Shown in pieces: positions 26,627 through 40,592 of a stretch of DNA of 64,000 bases (position 1 is its first letter; every line of letters begins with the position of its first letter). A model generated the notes under the pieces. The model was not told where the DNA came from and did no database searches. It worked only from the letters and a program-made list of their open reading frames with translations. This DNA is from Octopus sinensis (Eukaryota), in NCBI RefSeq assembly GCF_006345805.1, contig NC_043012.1, forward strand, positions 6,014,001-6,078,000. Direction: 5' to 3'. The position numbers and the translations under genes were made by a program.

Positions 26627-26954
26627 GTGAGGGCGCGTGGCTTAGTGGTTAGGGCTTTCGGCTCATGATCGTAAAGTTGTGAGTTCGATTCCCGGCGATG
26701 CTTTGTGTCCTTGAGCAAGGCACTTTATTTCACGTTGCTCCAGTCCACTCAGCTGGCAAAAATGAGTAGTACCTGTATTTCAAAAAAGGGCCAGCCTTGT
26801 CACATTCTGTGTCACGCTGAATCTCCTTGCGAAGTACGTTAAGGGTACACGTGTCTGTGGAATGGTCAGCCACTTGCACGTTAATTTAACGAGCAAGCTG
26901 TTCCGTTGATCGTATCAGCTAGGACCCTCGTCGTCGTAACCGACAGAGTGCTCC
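26627..26954 (+). mobile_element. tRNA-derived SINE, full length
   Basis: A-box and B-box head; perfect 14-bp TSD tatacattacatct at 26613-26626 and 26955-26968; 3' half shared with the 19944 SINE. Confidence 0.9.
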
Positions 26955-28656
26955 TATACATTACATCTACACGCAAATACTTGTAACCCATACACAAACA
27001 GTAAGTATTTAAGCACTGATTATTCAAATATTTTCGTAATTTGAAATAAAATTCGCATTTCACATCTGATCGGATCTATTAACCAGCTTTGCACAGGTCT
27101 ACCCTCATGACTTGCAATCTTTCATGTTAGTCTACAGAAAAGGGACTTAATGTTGTTCTTTTGATCCAAGTCAGCTGATCAAAGGCGTTCTAATCGTGAC
27201 CACCCGTTTTATTTTTTTTATACAATGTCCGTTATGTTTTAAACTTCTTCAGACAGTACAGTATTGTATGATATGCGAATTGAGCAAATATATCATCAAA
27301 AATATTCAGTAGTGAAAATCCCGCCTTTTTAAAGGTATTAATTATCCATAGCCGTCACTCGCAAGCGAATATGACTTAGGCGCATGTGCCACGTAGTCAC
27401 GAGCAAATAGGGATACTTTCTCGGTCCTTTCACTCTCGGACCAAGCGGAACATTAACCCTTTAGGTTACGGAAAACGGTTTTGCCCCACGGCTTAAAAAA
27501 AAAATCCTAATACTGCGAGAAGCGGAGACATTCCCAGTAACACTTTTCACAAATCAAAATTTTTTCAGATTTTTCTTAATTTTCTTTTTTCACGTATTTC
27601 ATCAAATATATCTTTACAGAGGCAGAATCAAATACTTTTTGGTGGTGGACATGAAAACCGTATCGACAGGACATACTGAGAAAGTGTTGCAGAAGTAGAA
27701 AATACCGATTCTAATTTCTGGAGATTAATTAACATCATTACGGGAATGACCATGAAATTGTATTGCGCAGTCAAAGGGTCCAGTATGTAACAGATGGAGA
27801 GAAATAGGCAAGGACGTAACTAATATGAGCCGCCCCTCCAGGCCCCGAAGCCGCCTATACAGTAGACCTCTTAAGTACTCCGCCCCCACGCCACAAAAGC
27901 ATCGCCTGGGGTGGATTGTCCCCTCCTCTGGTTACCCCACTAGAGAAAGGGTTACATCAGCATCAGGCTGGCACCCATTCCCAGTTGTGTACTCTAGAAC
28001 AGCGTGAAAAGCGACGCCTTGCTGAAAGATTCAAATGCGCCGCCCAGTCCAAGAATCGAGCCCGCGACCTCATGATCGTGAGCCCAACGCCCTCGTCTCT
28101 AGGCCTCTCTTTTCTGTACTGTTGTAGCCCTTCATATTTTCTTGTGCACTTGTAATCTGATAATTCACCTCAGGTTCTGAAAAAACAAAAAAGGTGCACG
28201 GTCTATGAGGTCGAAGACAGAAGTGTTAGAAATGACAGCCAAATCTCTTTTAAGTTACAGATTTCTCTCTCAGATAAAGGCAGGTCAAATTCGATTAAGT
28301 AGTGAATATAGATGGTGTTGTCACGACTGGAATGTCTTTGAATTGGTGGCGTAGCTACTGTGTGTGCTAACTAGGGCAACCCTTGACTTTGTAGTCTCTT
28401 TTTGAGCTTGTACAATCTATACAAGTTTATACAAGATCCCAAGTACCGCCCCAATATAAGCATCGCACTGAACGAATGTGGGTTTGCTCAATCAAAGCTG
28501 ACCTGGGGCTAAACAGCAGCAACAACAACAGCAGCAACATGTTTATATTAATTTATTGGTTCCGTAATAATTGCTAAGTTTGTAAAATTTTGCTCGGGGT
28601 GGGTAACGGGTGTAGGCATTTAAATAAATCCCATTGCGAAGCGAATACAAACGAGC

Positions 28657-29016
28657 TCTTTTACTTGTTTCAGTCATTTTGACTGTGGCCATGCTGGATC
28701 ACCACTTTTAGTCGAGCAAATCGACCCCAGGACTTATTCTTTGTAAGCCTAGTACTTATTCTATCGGTCGCTTTTGCCGGACCGCTAAGTTACGGGGACG
28801 TAAACACACCAGCATCGTTGTCAAGCGATGTTGGGGGGACAAACACACACACATACATATATAGGACGGGCTTCTTTCAGTTTCCGCCTACCAAATCCAC
28901 TCACAAGGCTTTGGTCGGCCCGAGGCTATAGTAGAAGGCACTTGCCCAAGGTGTCACGCAGAGGGACTGAACCCGGAACCATGTGGTTCGTAAGCAAGCT
29001 ACTTACCACACAGCCA
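28657..29016 (-). mobile_element. SINE family A
   Basis: Matches 8795-9214. Confidence 0.85.
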
Positions 29017-29172
29017 CGTACATTTTTTTTTCAGCGACCCCGAATAAAAATGAAATACAAATAGGACAACTTGAAGGATTGAAACCCATAACGTGTCGTT
29101 GCGAAACCAATTAGAGGAAGGCCGTTACCTCTCCTATCGAAGCTAACTGGCGTGGGTTAATAACCTGTATGT

Positions 29173-29316
29173 CAGCCACGAGCAACCTGCGGTCCGCAGG
29201 GTTTTCGGAATGGAACGCATAAGGAAAAATTACCTTAAACTTTTTAGTAGTGCGGCCCGCCAGATGATGAGCCATGTCTTATGCGGCCCGCTTCTCGAAA
29301 AGGTTGTCCATGCATA
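29173..29316. mobile_element. hAT-Charlie-like MITE
   Basis: Ends cagccacgagcaacct / aggttgtccatgcata; internal gcggcccgc motifs; TSD ctgtatgt (29165-29172) / ctctatgt (29317-29324). Confidence 0.75.
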
Positions 29317-30393
29317 CTCTATGTGGTTGATCGATATGCTAGAAATAGCAGCCTAAACCATACCCAACTGGCATATATAAAAAAAAAGGGCCATTAGTTT
29401 TTTTATTGTCCGAGATACACTGTCTGAAAATAATACAAAAGATATGAGATGATCACAGGTGGAACGTCTTTTCTTTAATGTTCGAAGTGGACTGACTGGG
29501 AAAGGGTTAATAGCGACACTAACAACGTCACCACCACCAAACAAGAAGACACTTTTCTCTCGTGTTTATATATAATGATAGCTTGCACAAGAAGTCCTGG
29601 AATTTTGAAAATTTGCCTTTTTTTATTTTTTATTTGTCGAAGGTGGTAGTCGATAATGGAGAAAGAGAAAGGCATATATAGATAGACAGAGAAAGAAAGT
29701 GATGAGACTGGGTGACGTTCATGCCTTTCTCATTTGAAGGAAATGTGTTCGGGTTGTTGACGGCATTACTAAAGCTGAAATATTTACACTCGTCGAAAGC
29801 AATCCGTTTGCAGGGACAGCTTAAAGTGAAGTAGGTATACATACATAAATTTGTATAGATACATAAATATAGCTATGTGTGTGCTATAAAGCTCTTTGTA
29901 TATATATATATCCGCGCACATTCACTGGTTGCTTAAGAATTCGTAATTGCGCTTTCTATGCTACACGAAATATTTCTCGTTTTCGACTTTCGCTTTTAAA
30001 AAGTTAATTCTCAACAGACTTTATATTATGTTTGGACAAGGCAGGATCTGATGACCGCCCTAGTTTCCTTTTTTTCTTTTTGAAGGATACAAAGAAAGTA
30101 AGAAATATTCTGAAAATTTGAACGTCAGACTGATTGTATACGATTTACTGTCTATTATATCACATCAGATATCCTCTGTAAACGTACATATATACATCCG
30201 GCTTTGGTACGTTCACAGTGAGTGTGTAAGTGTATGCAAATATATATATATCTGTTTATCATAACTAACGTAATATAACTAACGTAATATATATATATTA
30301 TATATATATATATATTATATATATATATATAAGAGATAAATTGATTTCCTGTGTATGTATATGTTTGCAATAGGAATTGTGTGAGATAATCCG

Positions 30394-30436
<43 letters not shown>

Positions 30437-30963
30437 GTGTGTGAGTGTGTATAGTTATATACGCATATATATATATATATAATGATGGGTGCTATATACA
30501 TGCATATATACAGTAAGGTCGTACACATTCATAATTTGTTTATCATAAGATTGTATGCGTGTGTGCGTGTTTACATAAAACATGACCAAAACTATAAAAA
30601 AAACCCAAACAAATCAAAAATTGAAAACAAACTTGTTTCAAGTTATCCGGTCTTAGCGACCGGCGGGCAATGACACTATTGGCGTCTCCACCTTAATTAA
30701 CAGGTATGATAAACCAGAAGGAATTTTGTGTTGCCTTCACACCTGCGCCCAAAGGGCGACTGCGTAACTCATGCTATGCCTTTGTTAGCGCACACACACA
30801 GACACAGGGTCTCCGAGAGAAATTTTGCCAGGCGGAACACGATTACTCGGAGGTGGGTGTGGCCCCTCAGAAATTCACGTGTATATATGGTTGTATTTTT
30901 GTTGGGAAATGTAATCTTTTAAACTTATCATCATCATCGCCATCATCATCACTACTAATATTA

Positions 30964-31350
30964 AGGCGGCGAAATGCTTTGCGGAATTTCGTCTGCCGCT
31001 ACGTTCTGAGTTCAAATTCCGCCGAGGTCGACTTTGCCTTTCAACCTTTCGGGGTCGATTAAATAAGTACCAGTTACGCACTGGGGTCGATATAATCGAC
31101 TTAATCCGTTTGTCTGTCCGTGTTTGTCCTCTCTGTGTTTAGCCCCTTGTGGGTAGTAAAGAAATAGGTATTTCGTCTGTCTTTACGTTCTGAGTTCAAA
31201 TTCCGCCGAGGTCGAATTTGCCTTTCATCCTTTTCAGAGTCGATAAAATAAGTACCAGTTGCACACACTGGGGGTGGGGTAGGGGTGGGGGTTCAAGGTA
31301 ATCGACTCATCCCCTCCCCAAAAATTGGTACCCTTGTATCAAAATTTGAT
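30964..31350 (+). mobile_element. SINE family C, dimeric (unit + linker + unit)
   Basis: Same unit and linker as the 21037 array. Confidence 0.8.
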
Positions 31351-31565
31351 ATCATTATTATTAACTAGCTGGCCCTGTGCCGTCAAAAATGACGGCTAGT
31401 TTTAGTATTGTATATATGAAAAGGGTACAAAAAGGTGAAAAATAATCAAACAGTGCTTCAACTGTATGTGTGTGTGTGCATATGTATACAGTTATATGTA
31501 CAGCCTGTAGCGAACGTGGTTTGCTACACTTTCTCACAGCCCGCTTCCTTCCTTTTTACCTGTTT

Positions 31566-31621
<56 letters not shown>

Positions 31622-33007
31622 AAAAAATAAGCAACAAGAATGGATCGGTAATTTAGTACAATTGTTTCATACTATAACAATTTATTAAAGCTGCAAATAT
31701 TACAGCAAATATAATATGTCAAGTAATCTTCAGTAATATATATATGCATGGGTAATGCGTGTGTCTGCAATTCTATTTTCTATGTCTCTTTCTAAATAAA
31801 CACACAGAAACACGTATACACTCACTCAAATATTATATTAATATATTTTACACAAACACACACACACATACACACACACATTTACTCACACCGTTGACTT
31901 TTCCCCATCTCACTCCTATCGGTGCATCACCCCTTCCTTTCTCATTCATATGTTGTGACGGAGAAATACACAGTGTGTTATTATATTAGAAGATACACGA
32001 CGCTCTCTTTGCCACTTCCCCTCTCTCATTGCTATTACTTTCTCTCACTCCCTCTCAGCCATAGCTATTACTGTCACTACTTCTCCTTCACTGAATTACT
32101 ATTTTCTCTCCTCTCCCTTCACCCCAACTGTGTGATTTTGGGCAAATATGTATATATATATATATATATGCACACATGTTTTTTATATATACATGTATAC
32201 ACATGTATATATATTTCTATATCTATTTCTATCTATATATGTATATTAGAAGTATATATATATATCATCATCATCATTGTTTAACTTCCGCTTTCCATGC
32301 TAGCATGGGTTGGACGGTTTGACCGGGATCTGGGAAGCCAGAAGGCTGCACCAGGCTCCACTCTGATCTATCTATCTATCTATCTATATCACTGTTTAAC
32401 GTCTGCTTTCCATGCTAGCATGGGTTGAACAATTTGACTGAGGACTGGCGAACCAGATGGCTGCACTAGGTTCCAATCTTGATCTGGCAGAGTTTCTATG
32501 GCTGGATGCCCTTCCTAATGCCAACCACTCACAGAGTGTAGTGGGTGCTTTTACGTGCTACCAGCATGAGGGCCAATATATATATATATATATGTATATA
32601 CATACACACACACATCCTTTAAGTTTGTTAATGGGAAACCTTTTAATGGGAAACCTATAAAAAGCTTCTGTTCTATTGTGTTGGCTACAGCCTAATGATG
32701 TCGACTGGCAATACTAGTGTTTTGGGGCTGCACTGAGCTGTGTCAATATAATGTAGGATAAATATAGTAATAATCCTTTCTATTAAAGGCACAAGGCCTG
32801 AGATTTTTGGGGAAGGAGACAAGTCAATTACAGCAACCCCAGTGTCTCACTGGTACTTGATTTATCAACCCCAAAAAGGATGAAAGGCAAAGTCGACCTT
32901 GGCAGAATTTGAACTCAGAACATAAGGATGGACAAAATGCTGGTAAGCATTTTGCCTGGAGAGCTAATGATTCTGCCAGCTCACCGACTTAAATAAATAA
33001 ATATAAT

Positions 33008-33116
33008 AATGAATGTATGAACATCATCTACCCAATGTCCATGGATGCCACAAACAGGAATATGGACTATGATCCTAAGAAACATGTGATATGTGGAAAC
33101 TTAAATAAATAAATAA

Positions 33117-33168
<52 letters not shown>

Positions 33169-33496
33169 CCTTGGATGGAATTTCTAGATATTTTAATTCA
33201 TTGCTACACACGTTTCCACATATCACATGTTTCTTAGGATCATAGTCCATATTCCTGTTTGTGGCATCCATGGACATTGGGTAGATGATGTTCATACATT
33301 CATTTCTTAAGGCAGTATGGCATTACTTTCAAACTTGTGTCCATGGATTCTATGGACTGTACCCAATGTCCATGAATACTACGGACTGTAAAGTAATTAT
33401 CTCAGGAATACGGACTATGATTTTAAGAAACATGTGGTTTGTGGAAACATGTAGCAATGAATTGAAATATTTATAAATTCCATCCAAGGGTTATTG
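33008..33496. repeat. Complex inverted repeat: perfect 93-bp arms plus a diverged third copy
   Basis: 33008-33100 is the exact reverse complement of 33212-33304; 33360-33496 is a diverged complement of 33163-33280. Confidence 0.9.
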
Positions 33497-33532
33497 TTAC
33501 TACACGCACGCACACACACACACATGCATATG

Positions 33533-33603
<71 letters not shown>

Positions 33604-33751
33604 GTATATATGTATGTGTATATATGTATATATATGTATGTGTATATATGTATATATATATATGTGTATATATGTATATATATATATATGTGTGTATATA
33701 TGTATATGTATATATGTATATATATATATGTGTGTATATATGTATATATAT

Positions 33752-34266
33752 ACTAGCAGTATCGCCCGGCGTTGCTCGGGTTTGTAAGGGAAATAACTAT
33801 ATAAGCATTTTTAGAGAGTTACTTCCCTTATAGATGCCAATTCGGGCTTTCTTAGCCATTTCTGTTTTGGTGTCTTCAAGCCATGAAGTCGTTGTTCTAA
33901 AAGAACGCTGGTCTCCTTGACAACGCTTTACAATGTTGATTTCCTTACACTCCCTTCCCCACAGCTTCACGAGGGAGGGAAGAAGGGGGAGAAGCAAACA
34001 GGTGCAGGTGTGACCATGGACGCCAACTCCGCTGCCATCGACACACAAAAAATTATGCATTAAAATGGAATTAAAAATGATGTTAAATTATTTTTAAAAT
34101 CGTAGACTCATCGTAGACGCGCGCTAATAGCCAGACGGGCTCGATATTAATCATGACTATAAGATACCCGAATTTGGTTAAACTGCACCGCAAAATGTGG
34201 GAGTAGTTAGGAATCTAAATCGAAGGGGACAGACACTCACACAACTACAGTTTTATATATATAGAT
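33752..34266 (+). mobile_element. Non-autonomous Helitron-like element
   Basis: actagc...cccggcgttgctcggg 5' end, ggacagac near the 3' end, ends ttttatatatatagat, no TSD, inserted in a TA-rich tract. Confidence 0.65.
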
Positions 34267-35058
34267 GTATATATATATGTGTGTGTATATATATATGTAT
34301 ATATATGTGAATATATATATGTACACACACACACATGCACCCCCCACACACATATATATCACCCATGTCAGCATGGAAGGTGGACGTTAAATGATAATGG
34401 TGATATAATTCATATATGTAGTTTTACAAAATGCTAGAAATAGCAGCAAAATCTCTATCAAGCTACTTCCTAATGTCTTAAAAAAGGACACATTGGAAAA
34501 TTGGGTTCTGGGTGCACAATTTCTGAAAGAGACACAGAAGCGTGGTGTAGGCTCCTGCCTGGCCAGCTCTTGTCAAACCGTCCAACCCATGACAGCATGG
34601 AAGGAGGATGTTAAACAATGATGATGATGATATATATATATATATATATATATATGATATATACACACTTTTATGTATTATATATGTGTATGCGTGTGTG
34701 TGTGTGTGTAATGAGACTGTATATTTTTCTATTTGTTGTGTCTGGAGGAAGAGCCAGGTCATTTGGTCTTCACTGGCTTTCCTGTACCATTACTGTTTCT
34801 TTGGTGCTTTTGTAAGTTCATAGCTGTGGGGAAACATGAGCAGGGAAGGATTTCCAGAGGACTGATGTATATGTAATGTGTGAGCATGTGTGTATACATG
34901 TGTGTGTTTGTTTGTGCAGTGCATACGCGCATGCGTGTGTGTGTGTATTATTATCATTTAACATCCATTTTCTATGCTGGCATGAGTTGAATGGTTTGAC
35001 AGGATCTGGCAAGCCACAGAGCTGTGCCAATACAAACATAACGATAGAGCTCAAGACA

Positions 35059-35107
<49 letters not shown>

Positions 35108-35855
35108 TCAGAAAGAGTGAGAGTGTGAGAGAGAAAGAGAGAGAGATAAACATAGATAAAATACTGAAGCTGATAAGGTAAGGGGGGAGAAGTAAAAATA
35201 AATATGTCTAATTAGACAAGCAAAATATGTAGGGGAAAAATTGCAGGAAAATAAAATAAAACAATAATCATTGAGTGTGTACAATGAAAATAAATGACAA
35301 ATGAACAAATAAAAAGAAATGGGGAAGGAGCTAGCATTTTGCGTTTTGTTCTTTATCAAACAAAATTAAAAGAATCAAACGGAGGAGGAAAAGAAATAGA
35401 AATGATATCATCTCTTTATATTGCTGGCATGGTGAAAAAAAGAGGTTAGATAGTATGACAGTAGGACTGGAAATAAAGATACAAATTGGTTGATAGTGAG
35501 ATTAAGTTGAGAAAGAAATTAAGAGAACACGAGCATGAAGGAGAAGAGCAGAGGTAAAAGCATAGGAGGGAGTAGAGAAGAGGGAGAAAGAGCGAGAAGA
35601 GAAAGGGGATAGAGAGAGTTGGGAAAGTATATTATTTTCAATATGTGTGTATATAATATACTTAACTGTGTAACATAGCCATTTAATAAGTGCTAAATTG
35701 CAATTAATATGTGTGCATGAACACAAGGTCCTTGTAATCTTTGCATGAATTCATGTAGCAGTCATTCTTGTGTAATTTGATACGTCCATCTAAGAATATA
35801 ATAGACATAACCTTACCTCGATCAATACACCTGTATATCAAACTATAAATGTATG

Positions 35856-35916
<61 letters not shown>

Positions 35917-36494
35917 TATATATATATACACATATATATATATATGTGCATGTCTGTATATGTGTGTATGTGTGTGGCAATTTAGAACTTCAGTTCATGT
36001 TAAGGTTTCATTTTGGGTGTCTGATTGCACAACAGTGATCACGAGTAGGCACAGCAGCTGTTGGGAGTGAAAGGCATCACATATCCTGAAGGTGACAACT
36101 GTCATTCATATACTTTTCAGAAACCCTATGTATTTCATTAGGTGCACACACACACACACACACACATGGGTGGTAAGAAGTTTACTTCCCACCAACATGG
36201 TTCTGGGGTCAGTCCCACTGTGTGGCACCTTGGACAAAGGTCTTCTATGGCTTTGGAATGACCTAACTTTCTGGCTGGATTTAGTTATGGAGTCTGCCCC
36301 AAAGACATTTTGTTGTTTCCTCTCTGTGTCCATTCTACCACTACATCAACAGCCACTGCTCCTCTGGACTAAGTAGTTGTATACCATTGTCATCCAGACA
36401 TCAACTGATGTACTCAGCTCTCCTTCTTCTGCCACTTCTGTTGAGTCTTCTCCCCACTGGATCCAGAGTATTAATTATCTAAAATCGTCTTTTG

Positions 36495-37070
36495 GCCAAT
36501 ACCAGTGCCAGCTGACTGGCACCTGTGCTGGTTGCATGTAAAAAGCACCATTCGAGCATGGTCAATGCCAGTGCCACCTGACTGGCTCCCATGTCACTGG
36601 CTCATATAAAGCACCATCCAAATGTGGTTGATGCTAGTGCCACCTGACTGGCTCCCATGCCAGTGACACATAAAAAGCACCATCTAAACGTGGTTGATGC
36701 CAGAGCTGCATGACTGGCTCCCATGCTGGGGGCACGTAAAAACCACCATTCGAGCGTGGTCGATGCCAGTGCTGCCTGAGTAGCCCCTGTGCAGTGGCAC
36801 GTAAGAAGCGCCCACTACACTTTTGGAGTGGTTGGCATTAGGAATGGCATCCAGCTGTAGAAACCTTGCTAGATCAGATTGGAGCCTTTCATTAGGTGCA
36901 CACATGCACGTATGCGTGCACACACACACACACACACACGCACATATGGTGGGGTACAACTGTGTGGTAAGAAGCCTACTGGCTTGCCCATCCTCAGTCA
37001 AACCGTCCAACCCATGCCAGCATGGAAAGCAGACGTTAAATGATGATAATGATGATGGTGATAATGATGA
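36495..37070 (+). mobile_element. RTEX-type LINE 3' UTR with about five tandem 60-69-bp modules
   Basis: aaagcacc motif recurs near 36541, 36608, 36673, 36738 and 36804; ends gacgttaaatgatgat. Confidence 0.75.
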
Positions 37071-37664
37071 TCTTTTAACTCCTACTACCTATGTGGTTGT
37101 CTTTTTTTTTTTGAGATTTGGATATCACACATGCTGAAGTTGAGCATCAACCACATCATTGGCACTGATGTGGGGAGTGTCTGTGAACTGAAGTGGCTGT
37201 GAAAGTGCAGGCATAGCTGTGTGGCTGAGAAATTTGCTTCTCAACCACATGGTACTAAGTTCGGTCCCACTGCATAGCACCTTGGGCAGGTGCCTTCTAC
37301 TGTAATTAATGCTTTGTGAGCGGATTTGGTAGATGGAAACTGAAAGTAGCCCATTGTGTGTGTTTATGCTTGTGTGTGTGTGATTTTGTGCCTCCTTGTC
37401 TTGGTGTCATGAGACAGTTGTAAACGAATGTCACTGTCTTACAAGCAGTGTCAATTATTTCTAATTATCTGCATGAATATCTCTGGTCATGGGGAGATAT
37501 TATCTTGAGGTATATTGCTTGGAAATTGGTGAGGCTTGGCGAGAAGGGCATCCAGCCATTGCAAATCTGCCTCAGTAAACTCTGTCCAACTCTTGCTAGC
37601 ATGGAAAAATGGACATTAAAATGACAATGATGATGATGATGATGATGACATCCAGTACAAATAC

Positions 37665-37942
37665 CAGGGTTATATCATTGTCACCAATTTGGGAGTGTCT
37701 GTGAAGGGTGGCATAGCCACTGTCAGGATAATTATCTGCCATATCAGTGCTGCCAGTGTGGGAGTATTTATGAAGGACATGGGTACTGGTGAAGTGAATG
37801 TCAAGCATATTGGTATCACCAATGTGGGAGTGTCTGTTAAGGACACAGCTACTGTGAGATTGAATATCAATGTCACCAGTGTTTGAGAGCATGTCAAGGG
37901 TATGCTTACTGTTACATTTTATGTCAACTGTTTCTGTCTTGT
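37665..37942 (-). CDS. Candidate exon encoding a degenerate 19-23-residue repeat
   Basis: Acceptor gccctcccccttcag; open frame with repeats L.RHSHIGD / LHKYSHTGS / LHRHSQIGD; repeat spacings 69, 66 and 57 nt; weak donor CTG|gtattt. Strand and frame uncertain. Confidence 0.3.
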
Positions 37943-38094
37943 CTGAAGGGGGAGGGCTTGTGAAGCGCATGGGCGTTTCACCTTCCCTTTAAAACCATAT
38001 CAACATGTAATCTGTAATTATCTTGTATGTTTGTGTGTGTATTCAAATACACACACACACATACACATACACAAACACATAATATACGCATATA

Positions 38095-38510
38095 TCATCA
38101 TCATCATCATCATCATCGTTTAACGTCCGCTTTCCATGCTGGCATGGGTTGGACGGTTTGACTGAGGACTGGCAAACCAGAGGGCCACACCAGGCTCCAA
38201 TCTTGATCTGGCAGAGTTTCTACATCTGGATACCCTTCCTAACGCCAACCACCCAGCAGAGTGTAGTGGGTGCTTTTACGTGCCACCGGCATGAGGGCCA
38301 GTCAGGCGGTACTGGCAACGGCCATGCTCAGATGGTGTCTTTTACATGCCACCTGCACAGGAGCCAGTCCAGTGCCACTGGCAACAACCTCGCTTAAATG
38401 CTTTTCATGTTCCACTGGCACAAGTGCCAGTAAGGTGATGCAGGTAACAATCACACTCGAATGGTGCTTTTTACATGCCACCGGCATGGAATCCAGTTAG
38501 CTGTTCTGGC
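38095..38510 (-). mobile_element. RTEX-type LINE 3'-end fragment
   Basis: (GAT)n tail and the same 3' UTR as 62233-62700. Confidence 0.8.
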
Positions 38511-38517
38511 AATATAT

Positions 38518-38559
<42 letters not shown>

Positions 38560-38683
38560 TATATATGCACACACACATATTCAGAGACACGCATGCATGA
38601 TACAAACACAAACACACTCATGCATATACATACAGAAGCATAGCTACCCCCCCACACACATATATATAAACAAACTTTAGGCT

Positions 38684-39092
38684 ATAGTATGCTGTCAACT
38701 TAATGTGAGAGTCCCATAAAAGGAAGAATGCTACTGTTATTTAGCCCCAGGAAACATCGTTTCCTGTTGGACTTGACACATTTTCTGTGTCCTTATGTTT
38801 TCAAAGTGGAGACAAGAACCTCCAACCAGCAAAGCCAGCAACCAGAGACTAGTTTCAGAGTCATTACTCATCATCAGTCTGGAGTAGCATGGCTTGCTAG
38901 CTGTCAATGCCTATCTGCCTTTGAAAACATATATAATTTCAAGTGAAATACATTCACTGATTTTTGAAAATAGAAATAATAAGGACACAGGAAATGTATC
39001 AAGTCCCACAGGAAACGGTGTTTCCTAGGGTTAAATAACAGTAGCATTCTTCCCTTTTATGGGACTCTCACATTAAGTCGACAACACACTAT
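38684..39092. mobile_element. MITE with about 113-bp TIRs
   Basis: 38684-38796 versus 38979-39092; about 10 differences by eye. Confidence 0.85.
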
Positions 39093-39916
39093 CACTTTAT
39101 CGTGATGCCACTGCATAAATCTCTCTGAGAGATTTAGAAATATATTATTTCCAAACTTTGTGACATATTTTAACGTCTAAAGGTAATTTCACAGCAGTTT
39201 ACCATGGAGAAGAAATTCTTGCTTATGGTAAAAGGTCAAAATTATATACACAGCATTATATACTTATATATGTGCATGCACACACACACACACACACACA
39301 CACCTTCCAAAGTAGACTGTGCAAGTATTTCCTATATTTTTATTGTGATGCTAAAATTGACAAGGACGAGATGGGTTTTGGCATCTTAGTTGTCATAGAT
39401 TATTGCTATTGATCATCATCATCATCATCATCATCATCATCTTCTTCTTCTTCTGCTTCTTCTTCTTCTTCTTCTTCTTTGCAAGTGTTGTTATTCTTGT
39501 GGTTGTTCTTATAGCTGGTAATGATAGTGGTGTATATATGTGTTTGTATGTTTGTGTATGTGTATATGTGTTTGTGTGTGTGTGTATGTGCATAAGTGAA
39601 TATATGTGTGTGTATCTATACATGTGTATATGGATATGTGTGTGTCTATGTATATGTGTATGTGTTCTAACTGATAATGGTTACTGTGTCCATGTTCAAG
39701 GTGTATATTTTGACAAGTAGTTGAGCAAGGTTTTCAGTTACTGGTTGGACAAGATAGCAAGATGACACATGAAATCACTTATGACATGTCACTGAACAAG
39801 ATTTTCAATGTCTTGCGGAGAATGAAATATAAGTTATCCCTGACAAATACAAAACATCTTTGTTCATTTTAGTATAAGACTATAAATCCAACCATCATAA
39901 ACAATGGCTAAATGCC

Positions 39917-39958
<42 letters not shown>

Positions 39959-40536
39959 TAATAATAATAATAATAATAGTCCTTTCTACTATAGGTACCA
40001 CAATGCTTGAAATTTGGGGGATGTGGGATGGTCAATTACACCAATCCCAGTGTTGCTCTGGTACTTAATTTATCGTCCCCAAATGGATGATAGGCAAAGT
40101 TGACCTCAGCGGAATTTGAACTCGCGACAGGTAATAATAATAATAATGATAATAATAAAAGCCTCCAACCAAAAAAAAAATCGGAAAAATCCTTAGGAAT
40201 TACACAGATAATAAGCGAATATCTTTCTTGAAAGCCAGTAATTTAATGAAAGCATAAAGAAAATATAAAAATGGGTGGTTGTTGAAAGTTTAAAGGTTCA
40301 TGTTTGAGAGGTGAGAACAGAAATATCTGGAGGGATATCTTGTATACATTATTTTGTTTTCGCTTTTTTTTTGGGGAATATGTTTTTAAAATTGATTTGT
40401 GGCTGTGTGGTTTAGAAGTTCACTTCCTAAACACATGGTTTTGAGATCATGGCACATTGGACAAGTGTCATCTACTGTAGCTGTGGGTCAATCAAAGCCT
40501 TGGAATTGGGTATAGTTGAGGGAAACTGAAAGAAGC

Positions 40537-40592
<56 letters not shown>

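Noticed and set aside
27809-27940. Additional hAT MITEs (also 28345-28470)
   Set aside because: TIR-like ends are too degenerate and no TSD was found.
34747-34812. Exon resembling adhesion-GPCR TM3 (AFLYHYCFFGAF) before gtaagt
   Set aside because: Weak acceptor, all three frames open, conserved Cys missing and no neighbouring TM exons found.
36495-36830. CRISPR-like repeat/spacer pattern
   Set aside because: The 'spacers' are homologous to each other; this is a tandem module in a LINE 3' UTR.
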